From Eledone cirrhosa (Eukaryota): a stretch of 64,000 nt of DNA. The stretch spans positions 109,244,001-109,308,000 of the forward strand of contig OZ024742.1 of the NCBI GenBank assembly GCA_964016885.1. The letters run 5' to 3'. Positions within the stretch are counted from its first letter, which is position 1. Every line of letters starts with the position of its first letter. Shown here in pieces: positions 27,146 to 41,199 of this stretch. The position numbers and the translations under genes are program-made. The notes under the pieces are model-generated. The model saw nothing but the letters and a program-made list of their open reading frames with translations, was not told the DNA's origin and ran no database searches.

Positions 27146-27569
27146 TTAATGATTCATGACACAGGATAACTTACTACTACAGTAGAATGTTCCAATGTTT
27201 TCTGGGGACTGGGCTACGTCGGATATTTTTGAACGAACGCCTGTCAGGGAAGGAATATTCCTATTCTATCTCTAGATGCATCTATGACTTTCATATACAT
27301 TGTGCAAAGCGTGGTGTATCTTTCCGGATCCCCAGAAAGATGTTTATCGATTCTTATCGATTCTTTTCTATTCGAGATGATCCTGGTTAGTATTAGACCT
27401 GTTTATATATTGATGTTGTGGTATAATTATGGCCACATATATTTGGTTGCTTTATTCTTGGTGTCACACTTTATTCACTTTTTGGATGAAAATGTATTAA
27501 CTTTTCGCACTATCGAGTGCTTTGTGAGTGCCTCAAACAATTCGATTGGTAGCTGCTATACAGCGGGTA

Positions 27570-27664
27570 TTGACTTTGCCTTTCATCCTTACGGGGTCGA
27601 TAAAATAAAGTACCAGTAATGCACTGGTTAATTTCTGGCCTTGTGCCTAAAGTAGAAACAATTA
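27570..27664 (+). mobile_element. 5'-truncated S1 SINE
   Basis: Same 3' half as other S1 copies. Confidence 0.8.
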
Positions 27665-27680
27665 TTACACACACAGACAT

Positions 27681-27770
<90 letters not shown>

Positions 27771-27949
27771 ACACACACGCACGCACGCACGCACGCACAC
27801 ATATATATATATATATATATATGTATGCGTAGAAATGTCCATGATCTCGAGCAGACAACTGATGAAGGGAAACTTCCCCCGTTCGTGCCTTCCTCTGGTC
27901 TATAAATACACCTTATCCAGCAACTACACAGCCCCTGTTTCTTCACAAA

Positions 27950-28048
<99 letters not shown>

Positions 28049-28310
28049 ACATTAACAGAGAAAGCTTTAAGCGATACTCTGATAATTCAATATTAGAAAA
28101 ACTCAAGGATATGAAATAATTATATTTATTCCGTCATGTCTACGCACGTTTCAATACGGTTATAATGTTATATGCATTTGTAGAACAACTGTAAATTCTT
28201 AATTAACAATTAACCACATCATAAATGTTATATACAAACCCTATATGCGCAGGAAATTTACATAGAATAAAACACTGTTTATAGAATAAACAAACAATAT
28301 CAAAAACATT

Positions 28311-28476
<166 letters not shown>

Positions 28477-28889
28477 ATAGATAAATAGATGTTCGTATGC
28501 GTGTACGTTGTCCTCGTATTGAACATAGTTTAGATGAGATCCTGAACAGTGATTAGAATAGCTGTCTCCATACATGGAATGTTGCTTCATGGCATTTAGC
28601 ATCTCCCATACTTCCATAATACCATACTTATCTGCTGTTTCCTATACAGAACATTAAAGGTTAAATTAGATCTATGTTAAATTCGACATATTGATCAAGG
28701 GAAGCAATTGATTGGCAAACGTCATCATCATCATTAGCAGCAATGGCAGCAGCTTCACCATCCCAATTGTCATCATGAACATCATCATCAACACCAACAT
28801 CAGCAGTATCATTAATAATAACAACAAAAGCAATGTACTGTAATAACAGCTGGAATGACATGAATACAAAATAACAATAATGATAATAA

Positions 28890-29072
28890 CTGTCTCTACG
28901 TTAGGCACAAGGCCAGCAATATCTCCAGTATATTACTGGTACTTTATTTTATCGACCCCGTAAGGATGAAAGGCAAAGTTAACCTCGGCGGGATTTAAAC
29001 TCAGAATGGCAAGGGCCGTAACTCCATGCGTCAAAGCATGCCGTCCGACCTTCTACCGATACTGCCAATCCA
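28890..29072 (-). mobile_element. S1 SINE
   Basis: Full-length match to other copies. Confidence 0.85.
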
Positions 29073-29539
29073 CAATAACAATATAAGAACAGCAACAACA
29101 ACAACTGTAATAACAGCAACAGCCACAATGACACAAGAGCAACAAAAATAATATAAACAATAACATTAATATCAACATCCATAATAACAGCATAAAAAAA
29201 AAATAACAACAATAACAACAATAACAATATTAACGACAGAAACACACATCAACCAGATATACAATAAAAACAACAACAGCCGCAGCCACAATAACAATAA
29301 CATCAACAATAATGACAACTATAAGAACATAACAAGTATAACAATATAAAAACAAAAACTGCAACAACGGCATAAAAATAAATAATATCAAGAAAAAACT
29401 TATGTTAACACGAAATGGTAAAATAACTGGCTTCTCTACTTTTTGGCAAGAATTCTTTCTCTTTCTCTCTATATATCTAGCTAGCTAGCTAGCTACCTCT
29501 TTCTTTCTCTCTCTCCCTCCTTATCTCTCTCTCCCCCTC

Positions 29540-29659
<120 letters not shown>

Positions 29660-29732
29660 CATGTGTGTGTGTGTGTGTGTATAATATATATAATTAGAAT
29701 TTAGCTTCGAGCATAGCTGTATACAGATTTGT

Positions 29733-30018
29733 ATTGGAATTTCGTATTTCTACAGAAATACGCTAGGTTTATAGAAAGCCGTAGCTATGCAAAAACACCG
29801 GCAACTATCGCCACCTGGCGGTGTCCAAGCGAAAGCAAGGGGGACAATCACCGATGCATTTCGAACTGAACTGGTTCTCACCAGAACGATCCCTCCCACT
29901 CTTGCAACTACTGGACACCGCCAGGTAGCGATATCTGCCGTTGATTTTTGCATACCTACGGCTTTTGTAAATGTTTATATATAAACATACCGTATTTATT
30001 TAGAAATACGAAATTCCA

Positions 30019-30020
<2 letters not shown>
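29733..30020. mobile_element. ~290-bp MITE-like element with ~100-bp imperfect TIRs
   Basis: attggaatttcgtatttcta ... tagaaatacgaaattccaat, plus inner inverted arms. Confidence 0.65.
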
Positions 30021-30079
<59 letters not shown>

Positions 30080-30127
30080 TATATACACACATATATATAC
30101 ATTATATATATACACACATATATATAC

Positions 30128-30181
<54 letters not shown>

Positions 30182-30278
30182 TATAGATAGATATATATAC
30201 ACACATATATATACATTATATGTGTGTATATACATTATATATATATATATATAGATAGATATACACACATATATATAC

Positions 30279-30331
<53 letters not shown>

Positions 30332-30334
<3 letters not shown>

Positions 30335-31910
30335 TCGTCCTAGTTGTAGATTAATCAACCCTGCTAAGACTGAAATCGGTCTTGCTAGCAAAAAAATATT
30401 AAATAATATAAACAAACATATTAGAAGTAAGTCTGAATTACTCCAATGGATAAATAGCTCTTCCGTAGTACATTGGTTTAATAATATTAAAGATAAAAAT
30501 AGTTCTAGATTCACCCAATTTGACATTGTAGACTTCTACCCGTCTATTACTCACCCTCTTTTAGCGAAAGCCTTAAATTTCGCTAGAAAGTTTATCAATA
30601 TTTCTGATATTGAAGAGAATGTCATTTTGCATGCTAGAAACACTTTACTTTTTACTAATAATGACACTTAGGTAAAAATATCTAACCCAGAGAACCCATT
30701 CGATGTCTCAATGGGTTCTTTTGACAGTGCTGTCGTGTGTGATTTAGTGGGCCTATTCCTCCTACACACACTTAAAGAGAAATTACCTAACCATACCTTT
30801 GGTCTTTATCGCGACGATGGTCTAATACTTTCCCATACCACCATAATCCATAACTTAGATAGATTAAGGAAAGACTTAATAAAAACCTTCGCTAGTTTTA
30901 ATCTTAAAATTACCTTTGACACTAACCTTTCCAATGTTAATTTTCTAGTTATAAACCTAGATCTGCCTACTGCTTCTTATAAACCGTACCATAAACCTAA
31001 TGAAAATTTGAAATATATAAATAAAGGCTCTTGCCATCCTCCTATAGTCTTTAAAAATCTTATCCCTAATATTAGCCGTAGGATCTCCACCTTCTCTTCC
31101 TCAGAAGCTATTTTCAATAAGGCATCCCACTACTATAATAAAGCCCTTCAAAATAGCGGATTTAGCGAACCGATTAAGTATATACCCAACAATACTAACT
31201 TCTTTTAACATAATAATAGGAAAAGAAAAATAATCTGGTTCACACACCCCTACTCTTTAGCCGTTAAAACTAATGTAGGCAAAAAATTCCTAGAGCTCTT
31301 AGATAAACATTTCCCTAGAACACATAGATACTATAAGATCTTCAATAGAAACTGTGTCAAAATCAGCTACTCCTGCGGTCCCCCTATTAAATCATATATC
31401 CTCAATAATAAAATACACAGAGAACATCAAAATTGCTCCTGTTGAGTAAAAAGTGAATGCCCATTACAAGGTAAATGCAACACCAAAGCCATTGTATATG
31501 CGGCTAAAGTGACAACCACCAGCAACAACCTACCAGCCACCAGTGAACGATATGTGGGTATGACACAAGACAAATTCAAAACGCGTTATTACTCACATGT
31601 CGCATCTTTCCAACATCCTGAAAAAAGATTTACAACAGCTCTGGCTAGCAGAATATGGGATTTGAAAGACCAAGGTATCCATTATAAATTAGATTGGTCA
31701 ATTTTGAACCAATCTAAAGAATATGCAAAAGGAACAAGAAGATGCGCACTCTGCATAAGTGAAAAATATTGGATTTTACTGAACCTTAAATCACCAAAAA
31801 CCTGCCTAAATGCAAATACAGAAATGTTCACCAGTTGCCCACACATGAAATCACACTTCCTTTCCAGCTCATATAAACTTAACTCACTTTCAGATACTTA
31901 TCCTCCATAA
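30332..31910 (+). pseudogene. PLE RT/GIY-YIG ORF with premature stops
   Basis: [72 protein letters not shown]; stops near 30669, 31206, 31443. Confidence 0.9.
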
Positions 31911-32401
31911 ACTCTTGTTCTTCACTTTCCTTAAATTACCCTCTTTACAGACTTCTCTTTCTGATTTACTTTTATTTTTATTTTTAACTTTATTTTTACT
32001 TCACATCCACCAGTGACCCCCTCCCCTGGTTTTTGATTCACTTACCTTATATCTTCACAATTCCACACATTTTACTTCCCCATTTTCTTTCACTACCTGA
32101 TATTACATGCGACTTGCGTTTTCAACTCAAGATATATTCTGTTGTCTCTCAGCCGCTTTTATGTATGTTTACCTGCGTATAATTTGTACTAATTTATTCA
32201 TACGGCTGGTTTTTAATTTGTTTCTATGCGTGTGAGTGTGCATGTGTGTGCATGCGTGTTTGTATATGTAAGCGAATGCATTAGTATGTGAGCGTGTGTA
32301 TATGTGTGTATGTGTGTTTTTTACATACTTATTTTTACGTGTGTGTGTGTGTATGTGTGTATGTATATGTATATATATATATATGTGTGTGTATGTGTAT
32401 G

Positions 32402-32440
<39 letters not shown>

Positions 32441-33180
32441 GCGTGCGTGCGTGTGATTAGATATACATGTGCGTATATATATATATATGTGTGCTTCGTG
32501 TGTATCTATGCGCGCCTTTGTATGTATGTACGCATGTATGTGCTTTTGTCTGTACGTATTTATATATATATTTATATATATATATGTGTACGTACGAACC
32601 TATGTTTGTTTTCTATTTCTAGTGTTACTTTATAATTGATAACCCCTCCCTCTTACTTTCTCTTTGATTTAACATTTTTTTATTCCCATATATTTTTTCA
32701 TTTTTATATATGTATCGACCTTCAGACTAACACTGCTTTGACTGATACACTCCCTGCCCTGTATATATCACTCGCATGTATGTGGTTGCGCGTTTGTGTG
32801 TGTTTATACGCGTGTCTTCATACTTGTATGTGTATATATTTGAATCCTTAATACCTGAGTCTGGATGTACGTTAACTCTATTATCTTACAATTTCTTTTT
32901 CAACATATATTATATCTGTATTTGTGGTCACGCATACACTGATATGCTTGCCCTCATATATGTACTTACACACACATTTTTTCACTATACACATGCATTT
33001 GTACATACACACATGTACATTTGTGAGTGAATATACACACATTTATACACATACCTTAACTATATTTCCTTATTTTATTTTTATATATCTCTTGGATTAC
33101 TTTTATTTATATATATTCTTTTTGCCCGTTAAACTTTTGCCTTTCTTCAGGAGATTTTTCAAATATTTCACTATGTTTTA

Positions 33181-33258
33181 AATTACCTTGTCCGACGAAC
33201 GAATGAGGACGTTTCTTGTATTCGTCTTATCCGGGAAACCTCTGGTAATGAGGTAATT
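33181..33258 (+). ncRNA. Type I hammerhead, U4C variant, in the PLE 3' pLTR
   Basis: aattaccttgt CCGACGA ..atgaggacg..cgtcttat.. GAAA cc-tct-gg TA atgaggtaatt (11-bp stem I). Confidence 0.8.
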
Positions 33259-33367
33259 ATATTGTATTGTTTATTATACATTAAATTTAGCTCTGGTACT
33301 TACATAGAGCACTCTTCACTCCTATGACTTTTTCAATTTTCAACGGAAACTTCAATACTTATATATA

Positions 33368-33457
<90 letters not shown>

Positions 33458-33465
33458 ATATACAT

Positions 33466-33577
<112 letters not shown>

Positions 33578-33663
33578 TATACACACTTATATATATACAT
33601 TATATATACATATATATATATACACACATTTATATATACATTATATATATATACATATATATA

Positions 33664-34871
<1,208 letters not shown>

Positions 34872-34935
34872 AAATATTAAAAAAATAATGAATAAAACAA
34901 TGAAACAGTTCCATATATTAAACAAAAAAAGGTCA

Positions 34936-35082
34936 TTATTTAACGATCGTTTCTAGGATATATATGTGTTAGAATTGGCATGCATATTCAACAGATCTAT
35001 GTACAAAATTATACAAAATTATACAAACTATCAAAATTAAATATACATACCCAACACATATATATGCCGTCTTCAGAAATAA
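34936..35082 (-). ncRNA. Type I hammerhead with ~115-nt stem-loop II
   Basis: ttattt CTGAAGA cggc-atatatatgtgtt...aacacatatatat-ccta GAAA cgatcg TT aaataa. Confidence 0.7.
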
Positions 35083-35088
35083 TTTATA

Positions 35089-35140
<52 letters not shown>

Positions 35141-35276
35141 TATATACATATATATATATACATTAGCTCTGGTTTTTTAACTATGGAGCGCTTGCCAGCA
35201 TTAGTTCTGATTTTTGCGTTTCGTTTCGCCTTTTCAACCCGCCGAAATGCGATTCACGCTAAATATATATTTGCAT

Positions 35277-35307
<31 letters not shown>

Positions 35308-35308
35308 G

Positions 35309-35458
<150 letters not shown>

Positions 35459-35459
35459 C

Positions 35460-35499
<40 letters not shown>

Positions 35500-35551
35500 C
35501 ATATATACATATATATACATATATATACATATATATATACATACATGCATG

Positions 35552-35583
<32 letters not shown>

Positions 35584-35683
35584 AAATTGAGGTTGGTAAT
35601 GGCACATGGAATATATAAGAGACAGAATACTTTTTTGTGAAAAAACATAATTTTATAAGGTAAGGAAATAATAAAGGGTATAA

Positions 35684-35731
35684 AAAATGACCGGTTTCGA
35701 TGGGTCTGCAAAAGCCATCTTTTCAAATGTT
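35684..35731 (-). ncRNA. Minimal hammerhead, U3:A8 variant, in the PLE 3' pLTR
   Basis: aacat TTGAAAA gatgg..ccatc GAAA ccgg TC atttt. Confidence 0.65.
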
Positions 35732-36303
35732 GATTAATAATAAGAAAAATTAATAATACGAAGAGTTAAAATTTGAGATTTGAAAATTCATGTATTAAAT
35801 ACTTTGTGGGATTTCATAGTAGTTTTCATCTAGGTAGCAACAACAGGTTGACTGCTGTGTCCCTTTCTGGTAGTGAATGAGAAGTTATTTGGGGTGTGGG
35901 TTATTTTATAAAGGTCAGATTTAGCAATCGCCAACTGGCCAGCTGCTGGTCAGTGAGGGGTGGAAGCAATATACATACACATATCTTCCTGTGGTGGGTA
36001 GGAGAGTGGAGCGTGATAGAAAAGGATTTAGTGCACTTACACCTATATATACACACACATATACCTTCATCCACACATACATACATATACATATACATAT
36101 ATATATATATATATACATATACACACATACATACACACACACATACATATACATACACACATACACACACACACATATATACACATACACACACATATAT
36201 ATATATATATATAATATATACATACACACACACACACACATATATACACACATACATCCAGATACACACATACATACACACACACACACACATATATATA
36301 TAT

Positions 36304-36347
<44 letters not shown>

Positions 36348-36947
36348 CCCCACACATACATACACACACACACACACATATATATATACATACACACATA
36401 CAAACATACACACACACACACATATATATACACATACACACACATATATATACACACACACACACACACGCATATATATATATATATATACACATACGCA
36501 TACATCCAGATACACACATACCTACACACACACACACACGCACACACAATACATACATCCACATGCACACACATACACACACACACACATATACACATAC
36601 ATACACCCACACACAGAGAAATGGCCTCCAAATATATATATATATATACATACAGACACATATATTTTTTCCATAATATAAGAAGTTGGGACAGTGAAAT
36701 TAAAATACAAGTCATTCTGATCACATTGAGTTCTTCATGTAGATTGGGCCCCGCAACCGACAGTGGTGAATTCTGTGTGCGCATATATATATAGATATAT
36801 GTGTGTGCACGTGCAGGGTTTAACATGGATGTGTTGGTCACACAAAGGCATGGTCTGTCAACGAATAAACCTGATTCTACAGAATTGGTCTCTGGTCTTT
36901 AATAGTAGTGATTCCGTGCGTATGTGTGTTTATATATTACGACAATT

Positions 36948-39224
36948 CTATTGGGGTGATAACCCGTTTAGTTTTGGTTTAAATTTGTTAAGGAATAGAT
37001 TTTCTTTGTTTATTCTTTGTTGCTGTGTGAACGAATCTGAGCACTTGTAGAAGGGGAAGATTTTAAAGTTGGGTAGTGTCATTCCTGCGCAGTTCGCAAT
37101 ATGGCTGCTCAAGGGGATTTTTCTTGTGTTAGCGTCCCGGATTTGTTGGCGGTGGATGGTCATTCTTTTGCGTAATGAGGTGCCCGTCTGTCCTATGTAG
37201 TTGTGTTTGCACCCACCGCAAGTTATTGCGTAAATCAAGTTCTCCGAGTTGCAGGTGAAATTGTTTTTTACTGTAAATGTTTGGCCATCTTTGAATGTAA
37301 ATGTTTGTCCTTCAGTGAGGTAGAGGCACGTTCCACAGTTTGTTCTACCACATTTGGTAACTATAGGGTTGAGGATTGGTTTGGGTATATTTGGTCCAGT
37401 GAGAATGCGTTTAAGTGATTTGGGTTGTCTTTTACTTTTAAGGATCTTGTGTGTTTCAAGAATAGACTTAATTTTTACATCTTTAAGTAGGATGGGGAGG
37501 TTTTTGTGTAGGTGATCAAACATTTCGGTATTTCTGGGGTTGAAAGTGGATACATATGGCAGGGTGTTGAGTGTGGTTTTCTGTTTTGGATTGTTAAGTT
37601 GATGGGGATTTAGGTGTTTTGCCCTGTCTATTCCATTGTTGATTATTTCAAGTGGAAAGGCCCTTAAGATAAGGGTGTCTTTTAATTCCTTTAGTCTTTG
37701 CTCCCGTTTAGGTGGATCTGATACTATGGTACATATACGTTTGGCCAAATTGTAAGGAATGTTAAGTTTTGTATGTTTTGGGTGACTTGATGTGAAAAAG
37801 AGGTATTGCTTGGAATCTGTGGGTTTATAGAATATATCTGTATCTAATTTCCCGTCTATTACAGAGATGAGAATATCCAAGAAGGCTAATTCCTTAGGAT
37901 TGGATTCCATTGTGAATTGTATGTTATTATCTATGTTGTTTATCATGTTTTTAAACGTAGTAAGTGAGTTCATGTCTTCTTGCCATAGGATAAAGCAGTC
38001 GTCTAGATATCTTTTCCAATTGGCTTTGAGGTGTGTGTGGAAAGAGTCTCCAAATAAGAGAAGGGACTGACTGTATATTTGTTGTTCATGGAATCCCATG
38101 ACTAGGTTGGCATATGTGGGTGCTACTTTCGTGCCCATTGCCGTACCTGATACTTGTCTGTATGTTGAACCATTGAATGTGACGTAGTTATTTTGTAGGA
38201 TGAAGCGGAGTCCGTCAGTGATAAAATCTGTGTTGATGCGTGTCGGTATTTCTGATGGGTGTGTGTTAAGCCAGTATTGGACTGCTGTTATTCCATAGTT
38301 GTGAGGTATGTTTGTGTAGAGGTTTATTACGTCAAAGGAGACAAGAATTGTATTTGCACTTACTGTTTTAGGGAGGTGTTTCAGCATGTCAAGGTCATCT
38401 CGTATGTAGCTCTGTATATGTTGTAGAAAGGGTTTCAGTAGGATGTCCAGAAAGTTGCTAAGTCTGTGGGTTTCACATGTAGGGCCTGCTATAATTGGCC
38501 TGAGTTTTAGGTCTTCTGGTGGTGTTAGTTCAATGTAATTGTTGGTTGAGGTGTCACATGCATCGTTTATGGGTTTACATTTGTGGAGTTTCGGTAAGCC
38601 GTAAAAAGAGCTTGTATTGCATTTGAAGTGGCTTATATAGTTAAACTCTTTTGTGGTTAAGCTGTTGCGGTATTTATTCAGTAAGGTCAAAAGGTTCCCC
38701 ATTGTTTTGGTGTGTTTGTAGTTTTCTGTTTTTTCATAGTATGTGTTGTTTTCTAAAATGTTAAGTGCGAGGGTCCTATAGTAGTCCGTATTCATAATGA
38801 CAACAGTACTGCCTTTATCGGCTTCTTTGATAGTTATCTCAGGGTTGTTTCTAAGTGTGAATAATTCTTCCCATTCGTGTGTAGATAGGTTTGATTTCGT
38901 GTGTTTATTTGTAATTTTTTCATAGGGAAAGTTGGTGATGTGTTCGCAGTACGTGTCCAGTGCTTTATTTCTTCCCTTTTGTGGGCAGAAATTGCTTTTA
39001 TTTCTAACCAGTGATTCGTCTTCAGTGTTGGTGTCGTTGTGGAAGAATTCCGTTAGTCGCAGCTTTCGGCAGTATTCCATGATGTCATCCTTCATTTCGG
39101 GGAAGTTTGGTTTACGTGGTGTAGGTGTAAATTTCAGGCCCTTACTTAAAATGTTGATTTGTGTGTTGGTTAGAGGTGTCTTTGAGAGGTTGATTATTTT
39201 TGGTTTCTCCTGAGGGGGGGCCAT
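36948..39224 (-). CDS. PLE reverse transcriptase with C-terminal GIY-YIG endonuclease (intact, 758 aa)
   Basis: LSKGLKFTP, IKEADKGS, FYGLPKLHK, RPII, SFDVINLYTNIP, GTAMGT, RYLDD, FLD; Cys linker CGRTNCGTC; LIYAITC..C...YIG..R...H..H..E..N. Confidence 0.95.
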   Translation of the reverse strand: MAPPQEKPKIINLSKTPLTNTQINILSKGLKFTPTPRKPNFPEMKDDIMEYCRKLRLTEFFHNDTNTEDESLVRNKSNFCPQKGRNKALDTYCEHITNFPYEKITNKHTKSNLSTHEWEELFTLRNNPEITIKEADKGSTVVIMNTDYYRTLALNILENNTYYEKTENYKHTKTMGNLLTLLNKYRNSLTTKEFNYISHFKCNTSSFYGLPKLHKCKPINDACDTSTNNYIELTPPEDLKLRPIIAGPTCETHRLSNFLDILLKPFLQHIQSYIRDDLDMLKHLPKTVSANTILVSFDVINLYTNIPHNYGITAVQYWLNTHPSEIPTRINTDFITDGLRFILQNNYVTFNGSTYRQVSGTAMGTKVAPTYANLVMGFHEQQIYSQSLLLFGDSFHTHLKANWKRYLDDCFILWQEDMNSLTTFKNMINNIDNNIQFTMESNPKELAFLDILISVIDGKLDTDIFYKPTDSKQYLFFTSSHPKHTKLNIPYNLAKRICTIVSDPPKREQRLKELKDTLILRAFPLEIINNGIDRAKHLNPHQLNNPKQKTTLNTLPYVSTFNPRNTEMFDHLHKNLPILLKDVKIKSILETHKILKSKRQPKSLKRILTGPNIPKPILNPIVTKCGRTNCGTCLYLTEGQTFTFKDGQTFTVKNNFTCNSENLIYAITCGGCKHNYIGQTGTSLRKRMTIHRQQIRDANTRKIPLSSHIANCAGMTLPNFKIFPFYKCSDSFTQQQRINKENLFLNKFKPKLNGLSPQ

Positions 39225-40033
39225 CGAGTATCCTGGTATTTCAGGCTTTTCCCTAAAAAAGGAATGTAGTTTTGTGTGTGATTATATTTTGTTGGTCTGT
39301 TGCGTGTGGGTCTGTAGCTTGTTGTTTCATGAGGGTGAATGTGATGGTGGGGGTGGTATGTGTTGTGGTTGTTGATGAGCAAGGGTTCTGTTGTTGGTTC
39401 ATGTGGTCTGGGTGCGTTATTTCTGTGGTACAGAGTGTTGAGGTTGGGGGGTTGTCTTTTGTTGGATTGAGGGTGATGTCTGGTGTGGTTGTGGGTAAGT
39501 TCTGTTGTGATTTCAAGTGGTCTGGGTGGATTTCTTCTGAGGAATGTGGTGTGTGTGTTGTGAGTTGGATCTATGTTATTTCGTCGTTGGTTTATGTAGG
39601 GGGCATTTCTATGGAAACCTGTGTTGTGGTGGTTGGGTGTGTTTCTTTTGGTGTAGTTGGCCGTATTTGGTTTGTGTTGGTGGGGGGTGTGCCTGTGGTT
39701 AGTGTGTGTTGGGTTTGGTGGTGTAAATATGTCTGTTGTAGTTCTTATGTTCAAATGCTTTATAAAGGGGTTACCTGTTTGGTGCGTCCTTTTAAAGTCT
39801 TCTTCATATTTGAGGAACCAGTTTTCGGATTTTTCCCACCGTTTAAGGGAAATAGTTTCTGCATTCTCGCAGTCCTGTTTCCACGATTTGATTAAGTTTT
39901 GTAGGGTTGTTCCCTCGGCCTTTTTAGTGCATTCTTCCTCCATATTTTTATCAGTATCCTTATACTCTTGCTCGTTTGAGGTGGCCCTTAATTTTAGGAG
40001 TTCTATTTCCATGTTTATCCTGTTGAGTGACAT
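39194..40033 (-). CDS. PLE upstream ORF (charged helical N-part plus H/T/N/P-rich linker); probably fused to RT by a -1 shift
   Basis: 279 aa; frame open further upstream to ~40135; overlaps the RT ORF, which lies in the -1 frame. Confidence 0.7.
   Translation of the reverse strand: MSLNRINMEIELLKLRATSNEQEYKDTDKNMEEECTKKAEGTTLQNLIKSWKQDCENAETISLKRWEKSENWFLKYEEDFKRTHQTGNPFIKHLNIRTTTDIFTPPNPTHTNHRHTPHQHKPNTANYTKRNTPNHHNTGFHRNAPYINQRRNNIDPTHNTHTTFLRRNPPRPLEITTELTHNHTRHHPQSNKRQPPNLNTLYHRNNAPRPHEPTTEPLLINNHNTYHPHHHIHPHETTSYRPTRNRPTKYNHTQNYIPFLGKSLKYQDTRWPPLRRNQK
39254..39260 (-). promoter_or_regulatory. Candidate -1 ribosomal frameshift heptamer U_UUU_UUA
   Basis: Upstream-ORF codons CCT TTT TTA GGG; the -1 frame reads REKPEIPGYS into MAPPQ. 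Confidence 0.6.
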
Positions 40034-40539
40034 TTGTTCACGGAGTTTTCTTTCTGGTTCAGGTTCGTTTGTAATATGCTTTATTTGGAATTTACGTGGT
40101 AAAACTATCGGTGTTGCTCTCCGCTGGCCTCTTCCTCAGACTTTCACTTACTCACACTCTGCTTCTCCCTCTCTCTCACTTCCTCCCGTTTGACCTCTGT
40201 GAAATCCTTTTCTCGCTCACATCTCAAACAGGTCGGATGGTCTGTATCTCTCCTCGTCTATGATTTCACTGAACTTAAGTTCATAGATATCACGGACTTG
40301 TTTCTCCTCTTCCTCTCTTTCCGTTGCATTACCATCTATGTTTGTTTACATGTCTCGCTCGCTTCACCCTATTTTACGTGACCCAATAACTTTCTTTAGT
40401 TATTGCTCGCACCAACCAGAGGTATATGATCTTTAAAGCGAAGAAATACGAATGAAGGTTGGAAGATCACTGATGACGGACTAATTTTATTCATATGTAA
40501 CCCATGTTCAACCACGCAGCACGCCATTTTTCATATATA

Positions 40540-41138
40540 TATATGGTGGCTGCCAACTCGTTTTCGAGTATGGCCACTACTTTATATCCATGTAGGAGAA
40601 CCCCTACCGATGCGCTGAGCAAGTGTGACTTTTTAATCCAGCCAGCGACTTGAAAACTCTGGTACAAACACTACACTTGTGACAATTATTGACACATAGT
40701 GCTGGGCCCAGGGTACCATGTGATGACAAGTGCTGAGAGATCTCCAGATATAAAGCAATGTCTGTGCCGTCGTGAAGCTTTTATAGTGAGCAAAGGCACT
40801 GCACAAAGCCAGTCCCACTCTCTTAACCAAGATGATATTTACCAAAAAAGAAGAACAAGTCAACATCATTGGATACCATCAGGGTTGCAGGTGTTATATC
40901 AGAGTTTTCCTTCTCCTAGAATTCTGACTTGACAAAGGCTAAGGGGTCATCTCTCCCGGTAATTTTGAATGGCCATTGACTCTTAAGAGCTCCTTTGCCC
41001 TTTGACAGGTTTTGTTTTTAGTCCTGCAGGATATCCAAAGTCACCCTCCTCACCGAGAAACCTTGGTGGGGTCGCCAACGACCCGACCGGTTGTACTGGG
41101 ATACATGTTACCAGTAGCATCAACTGGTTATCTGACAA
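40540..41138 (-). mobile_element. Probable RTE-clade LINE 5' UTR fragment
   Basis: Contains CTAGGAGAAGGAAAACTCTGA, a motif I associate with RTE 5' UTRs; non-coding. Confidence 0.4.
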
Positions 41139-41199
41139 TATGTATGTGTATATATATATATATATATATACATACATACATACATACACATATAAATAT

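Larger units (their letters stand above)
30332..33358 (+). mobile_element. 5'-truncated Penelope-like element (Nematis-like, inference) in (TA)n
   Basis: RT plus C-terminal GIY-YIG, ~1.4-kb 3' region with a terminal HHR; (TA)n on both sides. Confidence 0.9.
35585..40110 (-). mobile_element. Near-complete Penelope-like element (Neptune-like, inference)
   Basis: Upstream ORF, intact RT/GIY-YIG ORF, ~1.35-kb 3' region with HHR; 5' boundary approximate. Confidence 0.9.

Noticed and set aside
27855-27900. CTGATGA followed by a short hairpin
   Set aside because: No GAAA..UH second half
28135-28155. GAAACGTGCGTA half-hammerhead on the minus strand
   Set aside because: No matching CUGANGA/stem I found upstream
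35205-35240. TTGAAAA..GAAACG on the minus strand
   Set aside because: No UH site and no stem I pairing
40465-40500. CTGATGA near the 5' side of the intact PLE
   Set aside because: No GAAA or helices; not an inverted copy of that element's pLTR
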